The notes below the pieces were generated by a model. It was not told the DNA's origin and made no database searches. It worked only from the letters and a program-made list of their open reading frames with translations. DNA of 64,000 nt from Blasia pusilla. Lineage: Eukaryota. The stretch covers positions 27,218,001 through 27,282,000 of the forward strand of contig CM114271.1 of NCBI GenBank assembly GCA_050084515.1. Direction: 5' to 3'. Below, one piece after another: positions 24,624 through 35,922 of this stretch (position 1 is its first letter; each line of letters opens with the position of its first letter). The position numbers and the translations under genes were made by a program.

Positions 24624-25195
24624 GTTCAATCCCTGCAACGACGGCAATGTTAGAAGGGAACGAAAATAACTCAGGAGTCAAAGAAATAAGCGACCTGTCG
24701 GAACCAGACGGGTTGCAGGCCCGAGGCATCCCATGAACGACTCTGCGACCTTCGGGTCCCGACGGGTTGCAAGGCCGAGGCATCCCATGAACGACTTTGT
24801 GACCCGTCGGGTCCCAACGGGTTGCACACTCACGTTGCACCAAAAATCTAGATGCAACCCGTTGGTTTCCGTCGGGTTGCACCCTCGGGTTGCACACTCG
24901 GGCAACCCGTCGCATCCGACAGCTTGCTTGGTTTCTTGGGTTTGAAATCCATATAGTTCCCACGCTTCTCACCCTGAGCTACAACTTTACAAACAATTCT
25001 CAGCGTGATCTTGATAAGACAAAATAGTGAACTCACCTCCCGCATGAAGTTTCCCCATTGTCTCATACGTACAGTCCACCAACTCAACCAAGAGCACAAC
25101 TCTTTGTACTTCCCCTCAATCGCATGCTTCCTCCACCACCCATGAAGTTCTTCCTAGAATTCCATCGCCTGCTTCAAGGTTTGCTGTCCTTGCAG
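24624..25195 (-). pseudogene. Transposase fragment inverted relative to copy 1
   Basis: Matches 4683-5400 in the same orientation (WLSWWTVRMRQWGNFMR) and abuts end B of copy 3. Confidence 0.75.
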
Positions 25196-25225
25196 CAAAA
25201 CCTTGACACCCCTGTGACACCCTAA

Positions 25226-25585
25226 ATGTGTAGGCCAACTGTGGAGAGAGCAAAGCGAATTGCATCAGCTCGGGAGGCAAAAATGGAGATCATCGCCACA
25301 AAAGATGTCTTGAGTGGCAATCGAATAGGAAGGATGTATCGGGTCAGGAACAACACTGTAAATTCAAGTGTCACACGGGTGTATGTGGTGCACATCTGTT
25401 GCTTTCCCACATGTTCATGTGATGACTTTGTCCAAAGAGAGACAAGTGGCAAAAGGTATTTCCCTTGTAAGCACATGTACTATATGTTGTTGGGAGTTTT
25501 AAGAGAGTCGGAGTTAGGAGTAGGAATCCACCAACCAATTCTATCCCTTAAAGAAGTGCGAAGTATTTTAAACAAACCACTTTGA
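25226..25585 (+). pseudogene. SWIM zinc-finger C-terminus of the transposase (copy 1)
   Basis: ORF reads CFPTCSCDDFVQRETSGKRYFPCKHMYY and is the reverse complement of 13224-13583. Confidence 0.85.
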
Positions 25586-25988
25586 GGATGCAAAACGAGG
25601 TTTTAGATTGTACTTTTATTTTTCCTGAACCTTCACTTTGAGCTTGAACTCTATTCAGCCCGGGGCAAATGATATATTTTTCCCATACCTTGGATGGAAA
25701 AAGTGATTGGTTCCACACTTATGATTCCATTGATTTTTCAATTTTCTAAATTTTGTGCAATCTGCAACTCGTCGGACTCAGAGGGGTTGCCAAAATATGG
25801 AAGAGGAAAAAAAAACCGTGGGACTGCTTAATATATGAACAAAAAAGTGCAATACAATTCAAACAAAAAGTTTCCTCTCTTCAACCCAATGGAAACTCTC
25901 TTAAAAATAAGTATCTATTTCGGTTGAAGGTAGTTTCCTCTCTCCTCTCTCCTCTCTTCCTCTCCTCTTACCGCACCTCGTCTTTTTG

Positions 25989-28900
25989 GATCACCAAAAC
26001 TTCATAGGGAAAGAATAGGTGGCATGCAAATTTAAGAGCCGAGGTGTTGCGATGGCTTGACATCTCCATTGTGAATTTTTCAGACCAACCATCTGGCGAT
26101 TGGAATTCAGTGTTGAGTGATATTTCTACTAGATGGGAGTATGTTGGAAATGATGGCAATGGAGTGGTTGTTCCACGTTTGGAGGAATATGCACAACGAA
26201 TACTCAAGACGGAGAGATTGAGATTACTTTGGACATGAAAAGAAGTTGGAGGAGGCAAGAAAGTGGCCCCACCACCTCATGTACACCCCAACCAATGGGG
26301 GAGATTACTTACGTACTTCATGAGCAAGAGTGCGAAGAAAAAGAGTGAGCACATGTCCAAAGCACGGACATCAGTGACCAATCCAAACCCTGCAGGAAGA
26401 AACGGGAATGCACCAATTGCAGAGCGCTTGCTATGAATAATATTGAAGGACCCATCTTTGATTTCTATTACCATCATACAGTTTTGCAATTGGTGTTTGA
26501 TAGAGTGAACTTGGTTGGTGTAACATGTCTTGTAGAGAAAAGAGAAGGGGCAAACCCCTACTAAGGCGTAGGTGCACGAGGCAAAGAACCAAAGGAGCCA
26601 TGGTATAAGTACAGTGTCCAAGCACGTATTTGCATCTAGTTTCTTTAGAGTTGAGGTGACTCTAGTGTATTTCTAGTACAAGGCTATTGATATAAGATCT
26701 AGGTCTTGTGTGTCAGGCTACAGGAACATCTGAGCTGACAGAGATCTCTGCCCGATTAAACTCTATGGAGGAGTTATTTCCTGAGTCTGTGGCTTACAAG
26801 ATTGATCGCATGGATGCATTCTCCAATGGCTTGGATGTGCTAGAGGCAAGCATACAACTGCTATTGCTAATCAACAGGAGAACTAAACAAAGTTGATGGA
26901 ATTGATTTCCATGAGCTTGAGAAGGGACCATGAGGACATAAGGGGTTCCAATGAGAGATATGAAAATCCAAGAGTCGTATCCTCTCCTCATGGAATTAGT
27001 GATACTGACCCTGCTCCTAGTGGAGCACCTGCCTCTATGCCGTTGAGTGTATCCTCTCCTCATCCAATCACGGGACCACCTTCAAGGGAGAATGTACCCT
27101 CTCTAAAGCTAGTCACTATTGTGCCTTCACCCCCAGTTCTTCCACAGGTTGCCAAGGGTGTTCATATAGTAAGAGGACTAGATACAGTTATTGGCATTGC
27201 ACCAACTAGTCCAAAGAAAAAGGGAGGCACAAAAGAGATTAATGCTACTATGTTTGCATGTGATCCTTTGAGTTCAGGTATCTGAGTTTAGAGTGATGGT
27301 GTGCACTTTACTTTGAAGTTGCTGAAGAATCATGATCTATTTGAAAGGGTGGTTAAAGTTTCCTATTGATTGTGATTGTAGAGACCATAGATGAGGCCCC
27401 GACCATTGTAGGCAAACACCAAGGTAAGACATTGCGGAGATGCAATTTGGAGGCCACGGTATTTTCAGAGGAGAATGAGGATAGTGGAGGGATGTTGGGG
27501 AGTGATGGACCAATGGAGTTGGATCATTGGGATCTTCTGCAAAAGTCAACGGTGGTGAGAAGAGCGATACTCATGAAGAGGACCCGAGAGGCTACCAAGC
27601 CAGTGTTGAAATATGTTGTGCCTCCGTTGTAGCACTTGATCTCAAGTGAGAAACCTTTGTGGTTGTAGGTTATGGCAACTTGCATGATGGTTGTTCTACT
27701 CTCCATTGATGTGACATTCTAGATGGGCATTTTGTTCTCCATTTGAGAGAGGTATGCAAGAAGAAATATGTGTTGGATTCTCAACATCCACTTCTCTGAG
27801 CACCATTAATCTGATTGGCCCCCTTGTATGAGGAGAAGCTTAGATTGATGGTTTCAACTTATACGTCGAAGGAGTCATAGTAATATGAAGTAGGTGTTTC
27901 AGGAGTAGCGTTACTATGATTATCTAACCCAATTTTTTCTATTAATAGAAACAAAGAAAATTAGGTTAAAAACCCTAGTTTCCCGAGTAGTGAAATAGTC
28001 GGGAGCCGCAGCGGTAGCGCATTCTCATATGTCGAGTTATCTATATGTTCAAGTTCCATCGAAGCTCTTTTGCGAGCACACGGATGGACTATGCCACTTT
28101 GTATCTCTAAGTTTTGTAAAGATTTGAGTGATTTCATCACTTTTGTTTTCTCACAATATGTATTGCCATTTCCAAATATGGCTGACGATCCAATGCAGAT
28201 TTATGTTGGAGATGCCATTGATAGTGTAGTGTTATGGCCATCTCATCTTGTTATGCCTTTTCAGAAGTAGGGGCACCTTCGCTTTGTGTATAGTTTGAGT
28301 GAACCTTCCTTTTGACATCCCTCATGAGTATGTCCATTTCCATGAACTTGTAACTTTTGTACTCATAAGTAGAGGATCTCGATGTTTGTGTTTCAGTTTT
28401 TAGTGTGACAATTGAGATGTACTTGGATTTTAATGTCTTAATTTTGAGTATATCAGAGGGGGAGTTTGTAATTAGAAGTAGAGGAACTTAGAAGTAGATT
28501 TTGTGTTCTTCCATTGATGAGGGAAATTGAAAAGAACTCGGGCTTGATTTTAATGTAAGTCTCCATTTTTCATAGAAAGCATCATTCACTATTCACTATG
28601 CATTCTTCTCATGTAAGTAGATAGTCCATTTCAAGGTGAATGGATGCACTTTGTAGCTTTGGATCTATGGCCACAATTGGATGTAAGAAACATTTTCTAC
28701 CTCTATCTTTCAATAGACAAGGATTTCTAAGTGTGAAAACTGATCAGATGCTACAACATGGTTGGGTTGGTACATGAGTAATGTGCTTGTATGCTTTCAC
28801 ACGATGTAGGTAGCATTAGGACTGTACAACATATACAAAACGACGTCTATATTGCATGGATGTAAGAGAAGTAATGATAGGTATAGGGAAGATAGGTAGG

Positions 28901-29480
28901 AAGGAGTGATTCATATTCATGGATACAAAATGGACTAAAATGCCAATTTCATGTACATATTTCTGTCAGCAATAAAGCAAGCCTGTCATACATAATGATT
29001 GGCTATAGTTGTTATTTGCATATTTTTTGTTAGTGAATAGGATTGTAAATGACATGGACAAGTCATTTTAATGACTCTGAGTCATTATTTTGTGACGCAT
29101 GAAGTCATTATTTGTTACTCTGAGCAGTCACTCTCAATGACTCATCTAGTCACTCTTAATGACTCGTCGAGTCATTCTTTATGATTGATCCAATCATTGT
29201 TTATGACTACACGAGTCATTCTTTATGACTCTTCTAGTCATTTTTTATGACTTAACCTTGTCATAAACAGTAACTGGGTGAAGTCATATTTAGTGACTAT
29301 GTTGAGTAACAAAAATGAGACTCGGATATGACTACCCTCGATTTCAGTAACAACTTATACGACTAGGAGTAATTTCTATTACTATAGTCTGGTTAAGTAA
29401 TTACTTAGTCTCACAGGCCCAGTTAGAGTAACATCCAATCATTTTTTTGAGTTATCCAGAGGGGGGGTTTTGTATCGGTG
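25989..29480 (+). mobile_element. CACTA/En-Spm-like remnant (3' part; the 5' part lies at ~1995-2396)
   Basis: Decayed ORF ending LPFP...VGDAIDSVVLWPSHLV (28070-28270), resembling C-termini of CACTA accessory proteins. Subterminal array of ATGACT/AGTCAT motifs at ~29050-29440. Terminus TTTTGTATCGGTG (reverse complement CACCGATACAAAA) at 29480. The reading frame continues across the MULE TSD. Confidence 0.55.
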
Positions 29481-29959
29481 GATTTCTTCCAACATATCAT
29501 GCAGATATAATGCAACGTTGCACGTGAACTTGTCCATGTCCGTGGACTTATGTCCATCATAGGGAAGGACATATTAGTATGTGCATGACTGTTCACATCC
29601 CATGAACCCGAGCCTGCCCTACTTGCACCAAGACCCGCATCCTTCCCACAACCCTAGCCCACATCAAGCCTGTATCCGACCCGCGTGGAAGGGTCGGAGG
29701 CAATATCCTGCACCTACCCCATGCGGGCTTGATTTCTTTTTTTAAAAGAAAATTTCATATGTGAAAAAAAAAATTGGCCTATGTCTAGCCCGCATAGGAG
29801 GGACGTAGGCTCGGTGCGGGCCAAGCACGGGAGGAGGTTCCGGTAGGGACGTAGGCAACGGTGTGAAAACGGATGCGCATACATGTATGGACTTGTCTTG
29901 ATAAGTGTGTCCCTTGGACAGACTAGTCCGTATTTGCGCAAATATGATATAATGACTAC

Positions 29960-30430
29960 CCTTCAAGAAGAAGAAGCAAGGTTTTTCTTAAGAAGTTGCA
30001 TGTAAGTTCGAATGGATTGAAGATATGGTGGAAGACCTTGTTGTACTAAGACATCAGTAGACTTGGGAGCTTGTTGATATACCTTCCAATAAGGCAAGTA
30101 TTGGTTGCACATGGATACATTAGGTCAAACAAAATCAAGATGGTATAGTGAACATATACAAAACCAAATTGGTAGCCTAGGGAAATGCATAACAATATAA
30201 CATCGATTATAAAGAGTTATTTAGCCCTATTGCAAAGATGGCAACTACAAAAATTGTGGCTGTTGTTATGATGAGTAAAAAATGGATAACACATCATAAG
30301 AATGCCTTCTTGAATCGAGATCTGCATGCATGAGGAGTTATATAGGACTCAACGAGTTGGATATGAGCATTTTGAGTTTCCATTTCTGTAGGTTAAAAGA
30401 AAGCACTATACGGGCTCAAGCAAGCTCTAA
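29960..30430 (+). pseudogene. Ty1/Copia reverse transcriptase relic
   Basis: Translates with stops and frameshifts to ...TWELVD.P..K..IGC.W...KQNQDGIVNIYKTKLVA*G..*..IDYKELFSPIAKM...NAFLNRDL...KKALYGLKQA. Confidence 0.85.
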
Positions 30431-30744
30431 CTTGCGCCTAAGCACATACTCGTTGGCGGGCACTAACCGCGCTCTGATCAAGTGAATGAGTTCCTAATAT
30501 ATGCCAACAGATGGCTGGGCAGCCACCTTCTGCTCAAGCCACATGAACATTAACCAACTGTGCGCCACTTCTCCCAAGCAAGAACATGCATATGTGAACC
30601 ACCCGGCCCAAGAGAAACGGTGGAGATATAAAGACATTGCCCATTCCCTAGACTTAAACAAGCCCAAATCCCATTCTATATTGTAAACTAGAGATTCATT
30701 TGGCTTCGGCCAACAAAACCCACATAGCTCACTAGGTTCTGGGC

Positions 30745-31817
30745 GGGATTAGAAAAGAACTTTGAAATTTGAAATCTTACGAAAGTGGTCATTTTTGCTA
30801 CTAAGTTGTTATGTTGCACGTTACAAAAAATTCTTTTGTATTCGCCTCCATTTAGCGATAAAATTTCAAAGTTCTTTTCTAATCCCTACCATGGCACTAT
30901 CAAAACAAGTCTATTTTCATGCACAAGACTGTCGTAACCAGTCTTGTTCATGGATTAGCTCTTTTTCGATTCATAGAGTTTTGAGGAAGCAAGTTTGTCA
31001 AGATTATGACAATTGGTCGATCGCAATTAAAAAGAAAGTCAAGAGTGTGCGAAATAGATGATTCACAATGTATCCTCCTGCACTTTTGACTGACAACAAT
31101 GGAGCGCAACATCTTCCAGTTCTTCATTGTTATGTATTCTATGTTAAAAGTTTTATGTGCTAAAATTTGATGTGAGTGCATCGCATGCACATTCTTTCTA
31201 GTGTTTATTTAATATTTGGATAATCTTTATGGTGGGCATCTCACATTTTGTCACATCAAGTTTTGACTAGTGTTTTTAATAATTCCAACTCAATTTTGAA
31301 ATCAATCAAGTTTCCAGTCGACTTAAAATCCGTCAAGTTCAGGGTTAACTAATGTAATTTTTGGATAACTTAAATTATCAATCATAAGCACTTGATGGAG
31401 CAAATTGGGGCCTAAGCGGCCAACGCTGCACACACGATTCTGTAAAACAATCTCTCAGATGGAGCAAAAATTAGCATATGCTCAAGTGCATTGGGCTCTT
31501 ATAGAGATCGAACTTAAGGAATGGAAGGATGAGCTTGAGTCAGGTTTAGGGTCCAACGGGCCATATTTGTCTATGTGAGTGAGGCGGCAATGCCACTTGA
31601 AGTTCCCGCGGTAGTCATTGAACCTGCTGCTCGTGCGTACAACTAGTTAGGGTGACACAAAACTCCCCTCTCAATCAATCTAAATGGCGGAGCGCCCTAG
31701 CAAATGTTTAGAAAAGAACTTTGAAATTTTATCGCTAAATGGAGGCGAATACAAAAGAATTTTTTTGTAACGTGCAACATAACAACTTAGTAGCAAAAAT
31801 GACCACTTTCGTAAGAT
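30745..31817. repeat. Inverted repeat pair plus local hairpin
   Basis: 30774-30882 is a near-perfect reverse complement of 31708-31817. 30745-30770 is the reverse complement of 30861-30886. Confidence 0.85.
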
Positions 31818-33060
31818 GACTTTATACTAGAGGCTTCTAGATGTGTGAGGAAAGGGAGTAGTTGCAAGAGAATAAACAAGGAGAAAATATCACTTCCAAA
31901 ATAAAATTGATGGTATGTTTTTCGTAGCTCAATGACCCATGGAATCGCAACGGAGGCAGACTGAGCACAACTACCAGTGCCTAAGGAACGCTAGAAGCAG
32001 TGGTTGGAAAGGAGCTCGGCGTTGGAAAAAGAAAATACTTTACAAGCGTACAAGAGCGGCGTAATGCAATGGATGGCAACCGAATAGCAACACCTCTCTC
32101 AACAATTTTTTACTTTTGATTTTGCATCTCCTATCACATTGAGGGAATTGACATATAATACGATTGTCAATTTTCAATTGTATCGTATCATTGTGTTTCA
32201 AGCATGTATGCTCGTCATGGAGTGGAAGTGCAATTAGTCTTTTTTTGCGGTGAGCGCATCTCACTCTTTGTCTTCATCCATGCTTCCACTAAGCAAGAAG
32301 ACCAGGCATGTGTGGACCGGTTATTGTCGACACGGTAGCAAGAGGAGGATTGGACTTGGGTAGGCCCGATGATACGAGAGCACAGAGAGCGGTAGAGAAT
32401 AGAGAGGAGGAGAACAACGCTCAAAGAAGAGAAATTAGGACTTTTGTCACCAGAGGCTCTAACAAAGGGCTTAGAGAGCATCAAATGTGGTTGCAAATCC
32501 TGCGCAAAGCTGCTATGTGTCTTATTCGCTCACGCTAATAGTTTCACCACCATTCCCTCTTTTGCTAAGTGGTAGATGCCTCACTTCCGCTCCCTCCTCC
32601 CTTGGAATGGTAGCTCCACCTATTCTGCCTCCACTTCCTTCCCGTAAGTAATTAAAGAACAATCATTTCTTTGCACTCAAGCGAGCTTCGATGCTCCCAA
32701 GTATTTGTTTCTATCAATAATAGTATGAATAGGTATCCCTAGATTGAACACACATCATCCTTTGAATATTCCTTTGACGTTTGTTCCCAACCAAATGGCT
32801 TCTTCACTTCCTCTTTTCCAAATTAGAAAACAAAGCTGGTGTTTATTATGGATGTGACATGTGTTGTTATGTGGAAATCAAATCAAAATCTAAGACATTC
32901 AAATACAGGGAGGCGGGAGTTGCCCTTATCCTCAAATATTTTTTTGAATTATTACAGGTATGAAGAGGTAAGTTCTAGACACCTACTCATCAACATAAAT
33001 AAGAAAAAGAAATAGCAAATAAAATAACCCCCCTCCTGGCATTGCAATATAGATACTTCA

Positions 33061-35260
33061 ATCATACTATTAAGGGTGTTAGCCCTGGCTAAGAAGCTCC
33101 TCGTGAACGCCACGTATGAAGCCTGTCAGATATTAGTTATTGTTTAATTTTCCCTTTACTAAGCTAAGATTTGAATGAATATAAAAGAGGTTTCTAAATA
33201 ATAATATTTTTGTTTCATGATAAAAATTTAAAAAAATCTCAAGAAAAAATCAACCTCTTTTTCATTATCAGTTTATTTTTCATTTTTAAAACAAAAATAA
33301 TTATTTAAAAATTTAGGAAAAAATAAAAATTTAATTTCAAGTAATTTTTGGAAGGGAAATTACATAGAACTTTAGAAATACATCATTTAATCTCCTTTTC
33401 AGACTTTAATTGTGAGGAATTTTCTAGGAAAATTTTGAGACAAACTTCGGATCAAAATGAATGATTTCTTTTACAAATTGAGAAACTTTGAAGACCCCTA
33501 TCAAATTTGTCCATGAATTCATGATTTTTAAAAATTTTACCCTATACTAAGCAGAAAACAAGAATGGATAAGGTTTTCATAATAATAAATTATTTATAAT
33601 TGACTCAAATTCAAACATCTTCCCCGAGGAAATCTTCTAGAGTCTTTTTCATTTAAAAAAAAATATTTCCTCATTTGAAAATTTCAAATTATTTTTTCAA
33701 AGTTCATGCAAACGAGATTTAAAGTTTAGGTTGGAGGGTAAACTAAAATTTCTTTTGGGACAAAATGAAAAGGATAATAGGACACTAATGGGAAAATAAT
33801 TATTCTTCAAAATAAAGGAAGATATCTTATTTATATTTTAATTTTCACTTTCAAGTTCGATTGGGGGGAAAATTTAATCCCTCTTTTGGGAAAAAAATTC
33901 ATCAAAATAAGCGTTTTTCTTCTATTTATTGAAATACGGGGATTGGTTTAATTTTAAAAAATATTAGAAAAAATACTATTTTTTATAATACATCTAACTT
34001 GGCTCAAGAAAATTTTTCATAGATTTTTCTTTATCAATTAAAATTTTTATTTCAAAATTTAGGAAAGAAACAAAACTTTTAATTTCAAGTTAATTTTGGA
34101 AGGGAAACTATAAAGTAATATGTAATCAATTTACTAATTGAGAAAATTTGAAGACGCCTATCAAATTTGTCCATGAATTTTTTAATTTTACACTCTACCT
34201 AGTAGGAAACAAGAATCATACTATTAAGGGTGTTATCCTGGCCTTAGAAGCTCTCCGTGAATGCCACGTGCGAATCCTACCATACTCAATTGTTGTTTAA
34301 TTTTTCCTATTCTAGGCTAAGATTTGAATAGAAAAGAAGTTTTGAAAAAAATCTTAAATTTTTTTAAAATAATTTTAAATTAAAAAATCGAATCCCCAAA
34401 ATTTTTAACCTCTTTTTCACATTATAGTTTATTTTTCCATTTTCTAAATTAAAATTTTTATTTCAAATTTTTAGAAAAAATATTAAAATTTTAATTTCAA
34501 GTCAATTTTGGAAGGGAAATTATATATTACTTTAGAAATATGTAATTAATATTCTAATTGAGAAAATTTGAAGACCCCTATCAAATTTATCCATGAATTC
34601 ATGATTTTTTCAATTTTACCCTCTACAAGAGTGGGTAAGATTTTCATTATCATACTATTTAGGGCGTTAGGCTTGGCTAAGAAGCTCCCTTGAATGCCGT
34701 TTGAAGCTTGTCAGATATTCAATTTTTTTCTAATTTTGTATGTAACAAGGTAAGTTTTGATTCAATAGAAAAGAGGTATTTAAATAATATTTTTTAAAAG
34801 ATAAATTTAAATTAATAATGTAGAATCCCAGAAAGAACTGACCTTCTTTCATTCTCATTTAATTTGTTCATTGTAGAAATAAAAAATTTCATTTAAAATT
34901 TAAAAAAAAAACTTAAAATTTTAATTTCAAGTTAATTTTGGAAGGAAAATTTTGATTACTTTAGAAATATGTCAATATGTCACTTAATCTCCTTTTCAAG
35001 TCTTAATTGTGAGGGATTTCTTAAGAATATTTTGAGAAAAAGTTTGGATCAAAATGAATGAATTTTTTTACTTATTGAGAAATTTAGAAGATTCCTATCA
35101 TATTTGTCCATGAATTCATCAATGTTACCCTAGACTAAGCACAAAACAAGAATGGGTAAAGTTTTCGTAATAATTAATTAATTATAATTAACTCAAACAT
35201 CTTCTCTTTGAAATCTTTTAATTTTTTTTCATGTTTTCAATCTGTCCTCATTTGAAAATT
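33061..35260. repeat. AT-rich degenerate tandem repeat
   Basis: ATCATACTATT(A)AGGG.GTTA...AGAAGCTC recurs at ~33061, 34215 and 34649. TTGAGAAA.TT.GAAGA..CCTATCA.ATTT.TCCATGAATT recurs at ~33478, 34138, 34558 and 35075. Confidence 0.75.
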
Positions 35261-35922
35261 ACTAGTAATAATATACTAGCAATAAAAACAAAAAAAAGAA
35301 TTACGAGAAACCCACGCGTGTGACCGATAACGGTGACCTGCCCAATTGGCCCCTATTGAATGCCTTGGATGTGATTGGACCCTTCGTTCATTCATTCATT
35401 CATCGTACATGCTGTATGGGTCCCATGACGTGACACCGCGCGCTTTCTGCAGAGGGTGCCCGATGGCAACCGTCGTCGAGAATGTCTACGAGCGCGTCTG
35501 GTAGCGGCCGCTGGAAGGAAGCATCATACCTCCCTCCACCTGGACAGGGACGCTGGAGCCGAAGCACAGCCACCCCTTACCACTACACCTTCTGCTGCTG
35601 CTGCTACTACTAGTAGTACTGCCACTCTTGCTACTGCTGCCACTACTACCACCACCTGCATAGTCTTCACGCTCGAGCGGTGTTTCATTCGTCGAGCCCA
35701 GGCAGGAGCGGAGGCGGAAGTCCGTGAGCTTGCGGGTGTTTTGCGGAGCTGAGAAGAACTGGTTCTCGGAGCTCGGCAGACGGTTGTGATCGTTTGCCAC
35801 GGAGCTCGAGAGATGTGTGAGGCGTTCCAGTCGCGTTGAGCAAGCGTCTCTGTCAAAGATTATGCGCACTGCGCAGTCGGGGCGGTCCGGATAATTTGCC
35901 GAGCCGATCTCTCTTAGATAAA

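Larger units (their letters stand above)
2406..25979. mobile_element. Outer MULE-like element (copy 1), containing two nested copies and an internal deletion/inversion
   Basis: Begins with end B (GGGGGCTGGTATTCTGGCA, 2406) and finishes with end A (reverse complement of GAGGTGCGGTAAGAGGAGAGG, 25979). Flanks ATCTTTTTG (2397-2405) and GTCTTTTTG (25980-25988) form a 9-bp TSD with 1 mismatch. Its own sequence survives at 2406-3935, 11568-12836 and 25222-25979, and possibly 24624-25195. Confidence 0.8.

Noticed and set aside
12828-24632. TSD for copy 3
   Set aside because: The flanks ATTTTTTAT and GTTCAATCC do not match.
32000-32660. Possible LINE or other coding relic
   Set aside because: It looks coding-like, but I could not identify a diagnostic motif.
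35456-35869. Ala/Thr- and Ser-rich ORFs upstream of GH17
   Set aside because: They are produced by a GCT/ACT trinucleotide tract in the probable 5' region and show no domain motif.
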